A stretch of 64,000 bases of DNA from the NCBI GenBank assembly GCA_051313645.2, contig JBNRSN020000010.1, forward strand, positions 76,570,001 to 76,634,000. The letters are read 5' to 3'. Both the position numbers and the translations under genes were made by a program. Source of the stretch: Centroscyllium fabricii. Its lineage: Eukaryota. Positions 25,691-38,600 of the stretch are shown here, piece after piece. Positions within the stretch are counted from its first letter, which is position 1; each line of letters begins with the position of its first letter. The notes below the pieces were generated by a model that ran no database searches, was not told the origin of the DNA, and was given only the letters and a program-made list of their open reading frames with translations.

Positions 25691-26043
25691 CAGGAAACTC
25701 TCTTAACCGACACCTAAATATCTGGAAATCTCTCTTAATCGGCAAAATTCAGGAGTAGGTTCAGGTAAGTTTTATTATGTATTAGTGGCCGTGTAACCGG
25801 GGTTCCTGGATCTATGGCCGTGTAACCGGGGTTCCTGCACCTGTGGCCGTGCAACAGGGACTCCTGGATCTGTGGCCATGTAACTGGGACTCCTGCACAA
25901 GTGCCGTGTAACCGGGGCTCCTGCACCTGTGGCCGTGTACGGGGCTCTCGTACCTTGGTAAGTATACCTCTCTGTAATCCGGACTTTTTGATCAACTGGC
26001 AACATGCCGGTTCCGTCGGTGCCGGATAAAAACAAGTTTCCTG
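25691..26043. mobile_element. Tc1/mariner (pogo/Tigger-like) MITE containing a 29-bp minisatellite
   Basis: TA|CAGGAAACTCTCTTAACCG ... CGGATAAAAACAAGTTTCCTG|TA. Confidence 0.75.
25787..25949 (+). repeat. 29-bp minisatellite, about 5.6 copies (GGCCGTGTAACCGGGGTTCCTGSAYCTRT)
   Basis: Tandem units read directly. Confidence 0.9.
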
Positions 26044-26050
26044 TATAATA

Positions 26051-26409
26051 GAGGTACACAATCCCTTATCCGAGACCCGTGGGACCGGATGGATCTCGGT
26101 TTTCGGGATTTCTCGGTTTTTCGATGGTGACCAGTGCGCATGCGCAGAGCGCGTGCGCATTTCTGTGTTTGCGGCCCAGTTCGCAGTCGGGGAACGGCAT
26201 ATCGACTGTTTATTTCCTCAGCACGGCATCAACAGCAACCTGTAACCTTGCCTCAAGATAAAAATATATTTTTTGTCACTGATAAATGCTGCAGCTGGTC
26301 ACTTCCTTCAATTTATTTAAGAAAAAAATAGTTCTTTTGGCGCAACTCGGGTTCTCGATTTTCGGAGCTTTTCGGTTTTCGGATGTGTGGTTAAGCGATT
26401 GTGTACCTG
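26051..26409 (+). mobile_element. Tc1/mariner-type MITE, family B copy 1
   Basis: TA|GAGGTACACAATCCCTTATC ... GATTGTGTACCTG|TA. The ends match the element at 44879-45539. Confidence 0.82.
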
Positions 26410-26544
26410 TACAACACATGAGTTTGGGAAATACATTATTGATTGGACAAATAACACTACTCTCACTAGCTGCTATCTTTTATTTGTGGAATACAGACTA
26501 TGGACGTTTTTACAGCAACTCCTTCCCATCCTGTGAGATTTATA

Positions 26545-27314
26545 GGGGGCTAAATTGGTTAGCGCAGAAAAAGTGGCGCTGACCTGGGCGATGCGCTATT
26601 TTTAGCGCAAGCTCATCGCTGGCGCTAAAAATGCCAATATTCGTCACATCGGCCATTCCGTTTGGGCGGGCCCTAAATCGGGCAGACCGCCTCGCTCTTC
26701 GTGCGAAGTGGCCGAATACCTGGGCGCCGTTGCTGCGCTGCGCGAGGGAGACCGCAGCGGCGGCCTGCGGAACGGCAGGCCGGCCTCCCCCATTAAAGGG
26801 GAGGTGCCTAGCGCGGCTGCAGCGAGAGCCCCGCAGGGCCGCTGAGGGACTGGGAGACGCCTAACAAGTCCAGCACTCGGGGGAAGTGGCGGGCTCAGAT
26901 GAGGGAAGCCTCACTCCACCGGGGAGCAGCGGGGGAAGCCGAGGGGGAAGGTGCTGGTGGTCGGCCAGCAATAAAAATGGCCGACTGCCGCACTTGCCTT
27001 TAAGCAGCGATCGGGCGCTGCTGTTTGTACAGAAAAAAGGTGGCGCGGGCAGAGCGCCGCAATAAAACGGCGGGCGCTGCCCAATTTCGGACGCGCAGTG
27101 CCTCCCAGACGCTGCGCGGCCTGATGACATCATTCAGGACATCCAGCTGGGCGCTAAATTCGTAAAATTCGTTGGGTCGCTAACAGTTAGCCCCCAGTTT
27201 AGCGCCCAGCTGAATTTAGCGTGGGGCACTATTTTTGGCGCTAATTCGGCGCTGGCCCATTAGCGCCCATTTTGGGAGTTAACGGGCCGGCGCTAGAGCG
27301 CAAATTTCGCGTCC
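26545..27314 (+). mobile_element. GC-rich PIF/Harbinger MITE, family C copy 1
   Basis: ATA|GGGGGCTAAATTGG ... CAAATTTCGCGTCC|ATA, with many TAGCGC/GCGCTA subterminal motifs. Confidence 0.82.
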
Positions 27315-27539
27315 ATAGTTTAAACTATTTAATTTGCTTCAGTGCAAAGAGGTTTTGGCTTAGTATCAATGAAAATTGCATCCTGTAATTCTGGTTTATC
27401 ACCAAATCACATCTACTCAGTGACGTGTGCCCACCTCTAGGAGGCAAGCTCACTCCACTTAGGCTCACACCTGCTGCAGTATAACTGCAATCTAAGATGA
27501 CACTTTATGCATAGTGTACTAAGTAGAATATGGTACTAA

Positions 27540-28295
27540 GGGGGCTAAATTGGCGGTCTAGCGCCAGCCCGTTAGCACCCAAACTGGGCGCTAATTGGGC
27601 GTTACACAATTAGCGCTCGCGCCCAGCGCGAAGTCCCGGCGAGCGCTAAGTTGGGGGCTAACTGGTAGCGCCCCAACGAATTTAGCCCCCAGCCGGCTGA
27701 TGTGAATGACGTCATAACATTGTGCAATGCCTGGGAGGCGCCCGCAACTGAAATTGGGCAGCACCTGCTGATTTATCGCTGGGCGCTGCCCGCGCCAGCC
27801 TTTTTGGGCCGTAACTGCAGTGGGGGAGCGCCGCTTAAAGGGGAGTGTGGTGGTCGGCCATTTCTATTGCTGGCCGACTGCCAGCACCCTTTCCCTCTGC
27901 CTCCCCCGCTGCTCCCCCGGCGGGGTCAGGCCTCCAGCAACTGAGCCCAGCACTTCCCTCCAGTGCCGGGCTCCTTCTGGCGATTCTGATCCCACGGCGG
28001 CCCCGCGGGGCTCCAGCTGCAGCCGCGCTAGGCCCCTCCCCTTTAATCGGGGAGGAAGGCCTGCAGTACCGCGGGCCGCCGCTATGTGCTCCTTGGCGCA
28101 GCGACGCGCCCACGCCCCGATATTCGGCCGCCTCACACCAAGAGCGAGGGGGCCCGCCTGCTTTAGCGCCCGCCCTCCCATTATGGGCGATGCAGGCGAA
28201 TTTCAGCCCTAACAGCGTCAGCGATGAGCTGGCGCTAAAAATAGCGCAGCGCCCAGGTCAGCGCCACAAAACGTGGGCTGACCAATTTAGCCCCC
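27540..28295 (-). mobile_element. GC-rich PIF/Harbinger MITE, family C copy 2 (inverted relative to copy 1)
   Basis: TAA|GGGGGCTAAATTGG ... CCAATTTAGCCCCC|TAA, a perfect 14-bp TIR with TAA TSD. Confidence 0.9.
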
Positions 28296-28584
28296 TAAAT
28301 GTATTCATCTCCGATTGTGACATAAACTTTGAATATATTTGTGTAAAAAAGCACGATAACGTTAATGTCCAATTTGCATTGGATAAAAGGAAAGAAAGAC
28401 GATTTCTATAGCGCCTTTCACGACCTCAGGATGTCCCAAAACGCTTTACTACCAATGAAGTACTTTTAAATTGTAGTCACTGTTGTGGGATAGTTGGGAA
28501 TTTATCTTCTGTGAAACTCTTCCTTTTAAAACAAAAGTGCTCAAGCACCCTCAAAATGATGATAGGTTGCATAAACTTGGCTTG

Positions 28585-28975
28585 AGTATAGAAGATTGAG
28601 GGTGATCTGATCGAGGTGTTTAAAATGTTAAAAGAATTTGATAGCGAGAAAATAATTCCTCTGATTGGGGTATCGAGAATAATAGGACATAAGGGTAGAA
28701 CTCGATCATTTAGGAGCATAATCAAGAAATGCCTTTTTGCAGTAGAAATCTGGATTTCTCTCCCCTCACTGCCCCCCACCCCCACAAGGCTGTGGATGCT
28801 GGGTCAATTGGAGCTTTAAAGACTGAGAACGATAGTTTTTTGTTAGGTAAGGGTATCAGGGGATATAAAGCTAAGTCGGGTTATTGGGGTTGAGGTACAG
28901 ATTGACCATAATCTAATTGAATAGCGGGGCAGGCTCGAGGGGCTGAATGGTCCGGCTCCTGTTCCTAATATTCCT
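28585..28975 (+). mobile_element. CR1 3' end fragment
   Basis: RRLRGDLIEVFK-like sequence and the tail ggctcgaggggctgaatggtccggctcctgttccta. Confidence 0.8.
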
Positions 28976-31900
28976 AATCCAAATCCACGGCAGAATTGAG
29001 ACAAAACTTTACTGCTGACATTGTGAGTTTAGAGTGTTGAAATAACATGATTTTCCAGTTTAATGTGCCCTTGTTACTGTACGGTTAAAATCTCTTCTGA
29101 GCCAATGCTCATCTTTACAGTCCTGGGAGTTCAGCAAGACTTTTTTATGCCTGGCAGGGCAGAAACCACTGGCTGACCTGTTCTAGTTGGCAACTTTTCA
29201 AGCATATCCTCCTCCCAGGGTACTATTGCATAGAATTGCCAGACAGATCAATTCACTTTTAGATTCCTACCATTATATATTTCACTGTTCTTATGATAAC
29301 ATAGCAAATGAATAAAATGTTGTATTTTGGAAGGAAAATTATCAGCGCTGCTGATGTTAGAAGGAAAAGGGAATGCAGAGTCTAAAAGGGATTTGAAATG
29401 CTTGCAGTTGTTTACCAGAGTACCTGCTGGTTTCACAAGTGAGAGCACATTTTGAAGAGGCTATCAGTAACAGTAAAACCAATGATAGTCAGCTTGTAGC
29501 GTACAGGCATTTAAGGTGGAACACCATGTTTGGTAAAAGGTGAAGATAAATTGAATTAAAGAGGATTCCACAGAAGGTCTGATGTTATCAAAGCTGATCG
29601 GCCACTCTGATAGAGGCTGTGGTTTGTGAATGTGTTAATTAAACTCTTCCAGTGGTTGAGTGCTGCCGATGGATTTCCAACAATCAGGTAGAAAAACTAA
29701 GTCTGTTTACAAAATCAGCTTAGTTGTAGCTTATGGATGCTTTCACTTTTGCTTAATGCTGCTAAGTTATTGCAATAAGATTTTTTTTTCGCTTATTCTC
29801 ACGAAAACTAAGCTGTGCACTACAGTTCTGATGGCTTTAAACTGGCATGTTTTGTAGATTGAGCGGAGTTTAGAAGAAAATCTGCAGATATTAATGCAGA
29901 GCAGACAGATAGTTAGTTAAGAGGCTGTCACCACAGGGACCAGGACTAATAGTCACCTGTCTTAAGTGGTTAGGTCTAGACATCAGTTTCTGATCCCATG
30001 TGTGTGAAACCTTGGTCTCTATTGGTCAGCCATTATCAGTCTGCAAAGGGGAAAGAAACAGCATAATATTCAAAATAAGAACTACTTCTCCAATGCAAGG
30101 AAAAAAGATATGAAAACCAATCAAATTATATTCTGATTTTGTTGTTCTCCTGATGATTAACTAAATTTTAGAATTTGTTTTTAAAAAGTACAAATCAGTG
30201 CTGTCATTGTACCCAAGTCCCTTCTTTAAAAAAAACTTCTGACATCACTAGATATTGAGAAATTTGGAACTTCAGTACTTCAAGGTTGTCCATTATCTTT
30301 TATCTTTTATCTTTTACTTGGATATAAAAGTTTTATCAAAGTAGGCCGACTTCTTCAGTTTCTCTGTAAATGCTGAAAGATAAGTCACTTGTTTGATAGT
30401 CTTAGCTACAGTGCTGATGAAGCGTGTAGAAAAATTCAGTGGTGAGATTGACAAGTCTGAAATAGCACCCCCTTTAGGATATTTCAGATATCAATTTAAC
30501 CCTATCTAGTGTGCACACATTATCCATGGATTTTTTTTTAAAGTTAATGTATTGACATAATTTGATGACACTGAGATGTGTGTGCGCACATTAATTATGT
30601 TGATATCTGGCGGTGTTGTGTAAATCCACTCTGTGACTTTGGCAAGTGGAGAAGAGGCTAATTTGAATAGTGCACATTAGTCACGAAGATGTTAGTGAGT
30701 CAGTGATGGCTCATTACATCACATTTATTCTTCTGCTCTGAAACCATGATGGTTGGGAAGATCACTTCAGACTAACAGCAAAGGAAGTTTTTTTATAAAT
30801 TGAGAAACCTAGGTTTTAGTGACAGAGGTTGGAGACTGGAGGTGAATGAATATCATTTTGGGAAAATTATGTTTGATATAAACTAACGCCATCTCCAAGG
30901 GGATTTCCTGTTTATAAGAAATCCCTCATCATTAGAACATATTTTATTTAAAAAACGTTTTCTGCAACTTTTTTTACGTGGAGGTGCTGCTGGTTCTTTC
31001 ATTCCAATAGGAATTAAAACAAGTAAGGGCTTGGAGAGGACTATCTTTCAGACAAACCTATTTGAGGCAAAACAGGAGTGAAAAGTAGAGAAAGTACTGT
31101 ATGTTACTAATGTTGTATGACTGAAAACTCGATTCAGTGGCCTTAGGGATGAACCTGACACACCAGCTCTACAACCAGTATCTTCTTTCATTTGCACTTT
31201 CTTGACAGTTAGGCTTTGTGGGTATTACCCTGGGATTTGGAAGAAGTCTGACTGGTCTGTTGTTTCAATCCAGTGCTCTACCAGCAGGTACAAATTTAAC
31301 TCTGATCCCATTCCCTTGTTGGGCGTTTGTGTTTCATTCTGCATACGGCTCCGAAAATACATTTTATAGTGCAAGTGTGAGCAGTGCTTGTATGAAGAAA
31401 TGAGGCATTAATTCTGATGTAACCCAATTTTAGTTCTATAGTTGCACCTTTTGATTTGGTTGCTAAAGATCATTACTTGCTAGCTGTGCAGATGTGTCCT
31501 TGTGTAGATGGTACTTACAGAGGCTGCGGCAAAATGAAATGGGATTTTATATGAAGTTTGAGTAGGAGCTGTTGGGAATGGGAATGATGTTGGGCATATT
31601 GATCAAACAATTATCACTTTACCCTTGTCTTGTATAGAATTGCCCTGCTGTTGTTCCTCAGCAAATAATAATTTTAAACTCTGCCAATACACAGTGCAGG
31701 CTGCTTGCTGCCTTCTGTAATGACAGAGCAACAACTCTCTGTGGAGTCAATCAGTCCCATAATTGAGATATTTTCCACTCTGCTCCTGATTCACTGCTCT
31801 TATTCTAAATGACACTTGCAGGAGTACTTGGAGGTCAGGCACTTCAGTTTATTGACCTGAACTGGTGGTTTCAAAGATTTGTAAGGTAGGCCATGCAGCT

Positions 31901-32599
31901 GAGTATAAAACGGAAACAAAGATATGATTTACTTCTGCAAAATACGAAATACTGTATTTAAAATAATCAACCAGTTCCTGCGTGCTGCTATTGTGCACAA
32001 TGTTGATTAAATTATGTATATCTCAAAATTATATTGAATTAAATATAAGAATTGAGATCCATCCCAATATATGTTGAGTTCAGGATTTATTGTGTTTAAG
32101 TCCATTAATATAATCTCTAATCCAATCAAGTAATCTAACACGACTGCATGAAAGTAGACTATTGATTATGTTTAGTGTTTATCATCATGGATGATTAATA
32201 GCAAAGCAGCTTAACCACATCAGAATTATCTGCAAAAAGAAATATCCATTGGGTCATCCAAAATTCTTTAAGGAAAATGTCTATGCTGCACTCTGCAAAC
32301 TACAAGCTGGCCTAACACTACACCTAAAGTGAAAGATGTGTATGGTGACATATGCTAATAGAGAAGAGGTGATTTTGCTTCAGCGATATACATGTCAAGA
32401 TAGCAAGCGTCAACGTTTTGAGGCTTGGGTTAATGGAGCTACCCCTAGAAATCTGGTTGCTCTATGAATCCCGAGAGATTTTTTTTGGTGACTGACAGAG
32501 AGAAATATAAAGTAACCTCTCTAATCCCCATTCTTTAGGTCTTATAGCCTTAATAAATAAAAAAAGGAAAAATGTTCTTCACTGCGGATAAGGCTTTAG

Positions 32600-33150
32600 A
32601 GGTCAGCAGAAAAATGAAGTACACTTCAGGCAAGATTTGCCATTGGGGAAGATGGAGCATTCTTTCTTGCTGTGGAAATGGGTAGTGTGTATGCAGGTTG
32701 GAGGAGATGGTTGCCACAATAAGGCTCCTTTCATACAGGTGTGTTTATGCCCCAGGCGTGTTGGCCACAGTCCATTCAATGTACAGAAGTTAAATTGAAC
32801 AATAACAACTGAATCTCGAAAGGTGAGCATCAGAAGAGATGCCTGAGAGCTGTCTCCGAGCCAACGAAAGCCTGTTGCAGTTGTCAGAGCTTGTTGATGT
32901 TGCAGTGAACAGAGCAGTTTCCACCAGATTTCGTGGTTCTGCCTTAGGAAAGAAAGTAAAATAGAACAGAAGAACAAAGTCCTGGTACATAAATCAGCAG
33001 CTGCTCTTTGCCAGATCAAAGGAGTGACATTCTCGCTCCTGGTCTGCTTGTCCACTTCAGGTAGTTGATGGACAGCTAACAGCTGTCCTACTGTTGATGA
33101 TAACTGGGCCATATTTTCTTTTATGAGATTAATAACAACATTTATCATGA
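32600..33150. promoter_or_regulatory. Putative conserved enhancer (PBX-HOX, TCF, SOX, E-box)
   Basis: ATAAATCA at 32989-32996, CAGCTG, AGATCAAAGG at 33013-33022, TGACAT at 33025, and AACAAT/AACAAAG motifs, all within a TE-poor block. Confidence 0.5.
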
Positions 33151-34509
33151 TTTAAATGGGGAAAAAAATAAAGGAAAGATGGAAGCATTAAATTATGTGA
33201 AGACCTTTACTCTAAGGCCAAAACTAGGAGGAACTAATTTTCTCCTCTCGCAAATTATTCCCAAACTATATCAAAACTTTGTCTGCTAATATCTGCTTCT
33301 TGCTTTATTAAGCCATCGTATAAATGATGTCACATCAAATTTACCTCTGGAATGAACAAAGATGTTCAGATGCTAAGAGTTAAATTATTTTATTTTTGTT
33401 CACTTGTCAACTGATTCCCACACTTTCCCAGTCAAGCCATCGTTTAATTTGTTGTATTCCCTACAACTGTAATTACTGTGCCTCACCCCTTGCCTATCTA
33501 TGGCAAGATTTAAAAAATATATACTTGCCCACGCAAAAGGTTATCTTTAAATGCAAATAAGCTAAAGCAGCACAGACTATTCTGCAACCATTCTTATCAA
33601 ACAATATTCTGTTTCAGCTGTAGGGTAAGAGTTGCTGGATCAAATTACAATTTGCTTTAAATGTTGTATTTGAAGTTTTGGAATACATTGTTTTATTTTG
33701 AAAATGTATAAATAATTAACATAAAAACCCTTGGCAACTATTTAATTAACTGTATTGCAATAGTGTTGTATATGATTTTATTTTCATTACATTGATGCTT
33801 GTAGTTTTTGGAGAACAAAATATTTATTAAAAATAAGTCTGATTAATGCATTAGAACTGTAATCATCTACCAGTTAAAACACAACTAATTAAAAAATATA
33901 AGTAACAACAAATTTAAAAAGATATAAAAATTAATTAACACATTTAATGTAAAAGATTAATGAAATAACACTTTTGAGAAATAAAGGAACTTTCATAAAG
34001 CAAGTGCATTTAGTTGATTAATTTAATTTATGAATATTACTTTAGGGAGGTTGATAATTACTTTATGAATGAATTGTTGTTAAATATGAAAACAACAGGA
34101 ATGGAACTTCCATGTAAATGAGTCACAGTTGATAAATTGTCCATTTTATAAAATTGAACAGTTTATTCACAGACTTTAATTCATATATAGCATTGTAGCT
34201 ATTGAATATAAATACTTTCTGTACAATTAATCCATGAAAATTCTAACATATAACGATTCAAATCTATCCAATGATTACAGCCTACAAATTCTGCGGTGGC
34301 ATCACGCCACTAGAAATGCAGCGGGGCAGAACTTCTGCCCACCCGCCAACTCAGCTGTCATCTTGATCCCACCCCAAATCCCAGGGACAGGTTTATTTAA
34401 CTAATAGCACTAGGCACCCATTGTGTGGAGTGGTACCCTGCTGCTCCATGTGGGAGTCAGTTCGGCCTGAAAATTAAGGTTTTTGGGCAACACATTAGAG
34501 CCACCTAGC

Positions 34510-35320
34510 ACAACAACAACTTGTATTTATATAGCGTCTTTAATGTAGTAAAACGTCCCAAGGCGCTTCACAGGACTATTATAAGACAAAACAAAATTGC
34601 CACAAAGCTTGGTCAAAGAGGTAGGCTTTAAGGAGCATCTTGAAGGAGGAAAGAGCAGTATAGAGGCAGAGAGGTTTAGGCAGGGAATTCCAGAGCTTAG
34701 GGCCTAGGCAACAGAAGGCACGGCCACCAATGGTTGAGCGATAATAATCAAGGATTCTCAAGAGGGCAGAATTAGAGGAGCGCTGATATCTCGGGGGCGG
34801 GGGGGTGGTTGTGGGGCTGGAGGAAATTCAGAGATAGGGAGAGGCGAGCCCATGGAAGGATTTGAAATCAAGAATTTTGAAATCGAAGCGTTGCTTAACT
34901 AGCAGCCAATGTCGGTCAGCGAGCACAGGCGTGATGGATGAACGGGACTTGTTGCGAGTTAGGACACAGGCAGTCGAGTTTTGGATCACCTCAAGTTTAC
35001 GTAGGGTAAAATGTGGGAGACCAGCCAGGAGGGCATTGGAATAGTCAAGTCTAGAGATAACAAAGGCATGGATAAGGGTTTCAGCAGTGGCTGAGCTGAG
35101 GCAAGGGCGGAGACGGGTGATGATACGGATGTGGAAATAGGCGGTCTTGGTTATGCTGCAGATAAGTGGTCGGAAGCTCATTTCAGGGTCAAATATGACA
35201 CCAAGGTTGCGAACAGTGTGGTTCAGCCTCAGACAGATGTTGGGGAGAGGGATGGAGTCAGTGGCTAGGGAACAGAGTTTGTGGCGGGGACCGATAATAA
35301 TGGCTTCGGTCTTCCCAATA
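34510..35320 (-). mobile_element. L2 LINE 3' fragment
   Basis: Minus-strand ORF VRNLGVIFD...ETLIHAFVISRLDYSNALLAGLP, with a (TTG)n tail at 34510. Confidence 0.9.
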
Positions 35321-35654
35321 TATAATGCCGTTAGATTCTGCTGTGGGACCTTCATTAATTCCAGAACAAAACCTACACCAGCTCTCAGCAGATGTAGATT
35401 CCGTTGGGACAATCAGAGGCACATGGGGCAGGATTCCCAGGGTAGCCAGAGAAAGCCCCCAGACAGGCCCGCTAAAGTGCAGGCAGAAAAAGCACTACTC
35501 CCTGCCGCCCCAACCCCCAAACCACCACCAAGATTTGCTTTTCGCTGTAAAAGGGGTGGAAAGGCAGCTGATCTAGGTTCCAATCATTTTCCAATCCCTG
35601 ACAGAATTACATTGAAATTTGAAGCAACTTACTCATGATGGGCTGTGATCCAGA

Positions 35655-38600
35655 TTCACTCAGGTATCTCATGGTGGACTATGATCTAGGTTCACTCAGG
35701 TATCTCATGGTGGACTATGATCTAGGTTCACTCAGGTATCTCATGGTGCACGATGATCTTGGTTCACTCAGGTATCTCATGGTGGACTATGATCTAGGTT
35801 CACTCAGGTACCTCATGGTGGACTATGATCTAGGTTCACTCAGGTATCTCATGGTGGACTATGATCTAGGTTCACTCAGGTATCTCATGGTGCACTATGA
35901 TCTTGGTTCACTCAGGTATCTCATGGTGGACTATGATCTAGGTTCACTCAGGTATCTCATGGTGGACTATCATCTAGGTTCACTCAGGTACCTCATGGTG
36001 GACTATGACCTAGGTTCACTCAGGTACCTCATTGTGGACTATGATCTAAGTTCACTCAGGTACCTCATGGTGGAGTATGATCTAGGTTCACTCAGGTACC
36101 TCATGGTGCACTATGATCTAGGATCACTCAGGTACCTCATGGTGGAGTATGATCTAGGTTCACTCAGGTACCTCATGGTGCACTATGATCTAGGTTCACT
36201 CAGGTACCTCATGGTGCACTATGATCTAGGTTCACTCAGGTACCTCATGGTGGACTATGATCTAGGTTCACTCAGGTATCTCATGGTGGACTATGATGTG
36301 GTTCACTCAGGTACCTCATGGTGCACTATGATCTGGTTCACTCAGGTACCTCATGGTGGACTATCATCTAGGTTCACTCAGGTATCTCATGGTGGACTAT
36401 GATCTATGTTCACTCGGGTACCTCATGGTGGACTATCATCTAGGTTCACTCAGGTACCTCATGGTGGACTATGTTCTGGGTTCACTCAGGTACCTCATGG
36501 TGCACTATGATCTGGTTCACTCAGGTACCTCATGGTGGACTATGATCTAGGTTCACTCAGGTACCTCATGGTGGACTATGTTCTAGGTTCTCTCAGGTAC
36601 CTCATGGTGGACTATGATCTAGATTCACTCAGGTACCTCATGGTGGACTATGATGTGGTTCACTCAGGTACCTCATGGTGCACTATGATCTAGGTTCACT
36701 CAGGTACCTCATGGTGGACTATGATCTAGGTTCACTCAGGTACCTCATGGTGGACTATGTTCTAGGTTCTCTCAGGTACCTCATGGTGGACTATGATCTA
36801 GGTTCACTCAGGTACCTCATGGTGGACTATCATCTAGGTTCACTCAGGTACCTCATGGTGCACTATGATCTAGGTTCACTCAGGTACCCCATGGTGGACT
36901 ATGACCTAGGTTTACTCAGGTACCTCATGGTGGACTATGATCTAGGTTCACTCAGGAACTTCATGGTTATCTGTGATCTAGGTTCACTCAGGTACCTCAT
37001 GGTGCACTATGATCTAGGTTCACTCAGGTACCTCATGGTGGGCTATGATCTGGTTCACTCAGGTACCTCATGGTGCACTATGATCTAGGTTCACTCAGGT
37101 ACCTCATGGTGGACTATCATCTACGTTCACTCAGATACCTCATGGTGGACTATGATCTAGGTTCACTCAGGTACCTCATGGTGAACTATCATCTAGGTTC
37201 ATTCAGGTACCTCATGGTGGACTATGTTCTAGGTGCACTCAGGTACCTCATGGTGGACTATGATCTGGTTCACTCAGGTATCTCATGGTGGACTATGATC
37301 TAGGTTCACTCAGGTACCTCATGATGGACTATGATCTAGGTTCACTCAGGTACCTCATGGTGGACTATGATGTGGTTCACTCAGGTACCTCATGGTGCAC
37401 TGTGCTCTAGGTTCACTCAGGTACCTCATGGTGGACTATCATCTAGGTTCACTGAGGTATCTCATGGTGGACTATGATCTAGGTTCACTCGGGTACCTCA
37501 TGGTGGACTATCATCTAGGTTCACTCAGGTACCTCATGGTGGACTATGTTCTAGGTTCACTCAGGTACCTCATGGTGCACTATGATCTGGTTCACTCAGG
37601 TACCTCATGGTGCACTATGATCTAGGTTCACTCAGGTACCTCATGGTGGACTATGATCTAGGTTCACTCAGGTACCTCATGGTGGACTATGTTCTAGGTT
37701 CTCTCAGGTACCTCATGGTGGACTATGATCTAGGTTCACTCAGGTACCTCATGATGCACTATGATCTAGGTTCACTCAGGTACCTCATGATGGACTATGA
37801 TCTAGGTTCACTCAGGTACCTCATGGTGGACTATGATGTGGTTCACTCAGGTACCTCATGGTGCACTATGATCTAGGTTCACTCAGGTACCTCATGGTGG
37901 ACTATGATCTAGGTTCACTCAGGTATCTCATGGTGCACTATGATCTAGGTTCACTCAGGTACCTCATGGTGGACTATGTTCTAGGTTCACTCAGGTACCT
38001 CATGGTGGACTATCATCTAGGTTCACTCAGGTACCTCATGGTGCACTATGATCTAGGTTCACTCAGGTACTTCATGGTGGACTATGACCTAGGTTCACTC
38101 AGGTACCTCATTGTGGACTATGATCTAGGTTCACTCAGGTACCTCATGGTGGAGTATGATCTAGGTTCACTCAGGTACCTCATGGTGCACTATGATCTAG
38201 GATCACTCAGGTACCTCATGGTGCACTATGATCTAGGTTCACTCAGGTACCTCATGGTAGAGTATGATCTAGGTTCACTTAGGTACCTCATGGTGCACTA
38301 TGATCTAGGTTCACTCAGGTACCTCATGGTAGACCATAATCTAGGTTCACTCAGGTATCTCATGGTGGACTATGATCTAGGTTCACTCAGCTACCTCATG
38401 GTGGACTATGATCTAGGTTCACTCAGCTACCTCATGGTGGACTATGATCTAGGTTCACTCAGCTACCTCATGGTGGACTATGATCTGGTTCGCTCAGGTA
38501 CCTCATGGTGGACTATGATCTAGGTTCACTCAGCTACCTCATGGTGGACTATGATCTAGGTTCACTCAGCTACCTCATGGTGGACTATGATCTAGGTTCA

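Noticed and set aside
26631-28411. GC-rich ORFs or a CpG-island promoter
   Set aside because: They lie essentially within TIR-bounded MITEs.
32603-33148. 181-aa antisense ORF
   Set aside because: No recognisable domain; better explained as chance openness over a regulatory element.
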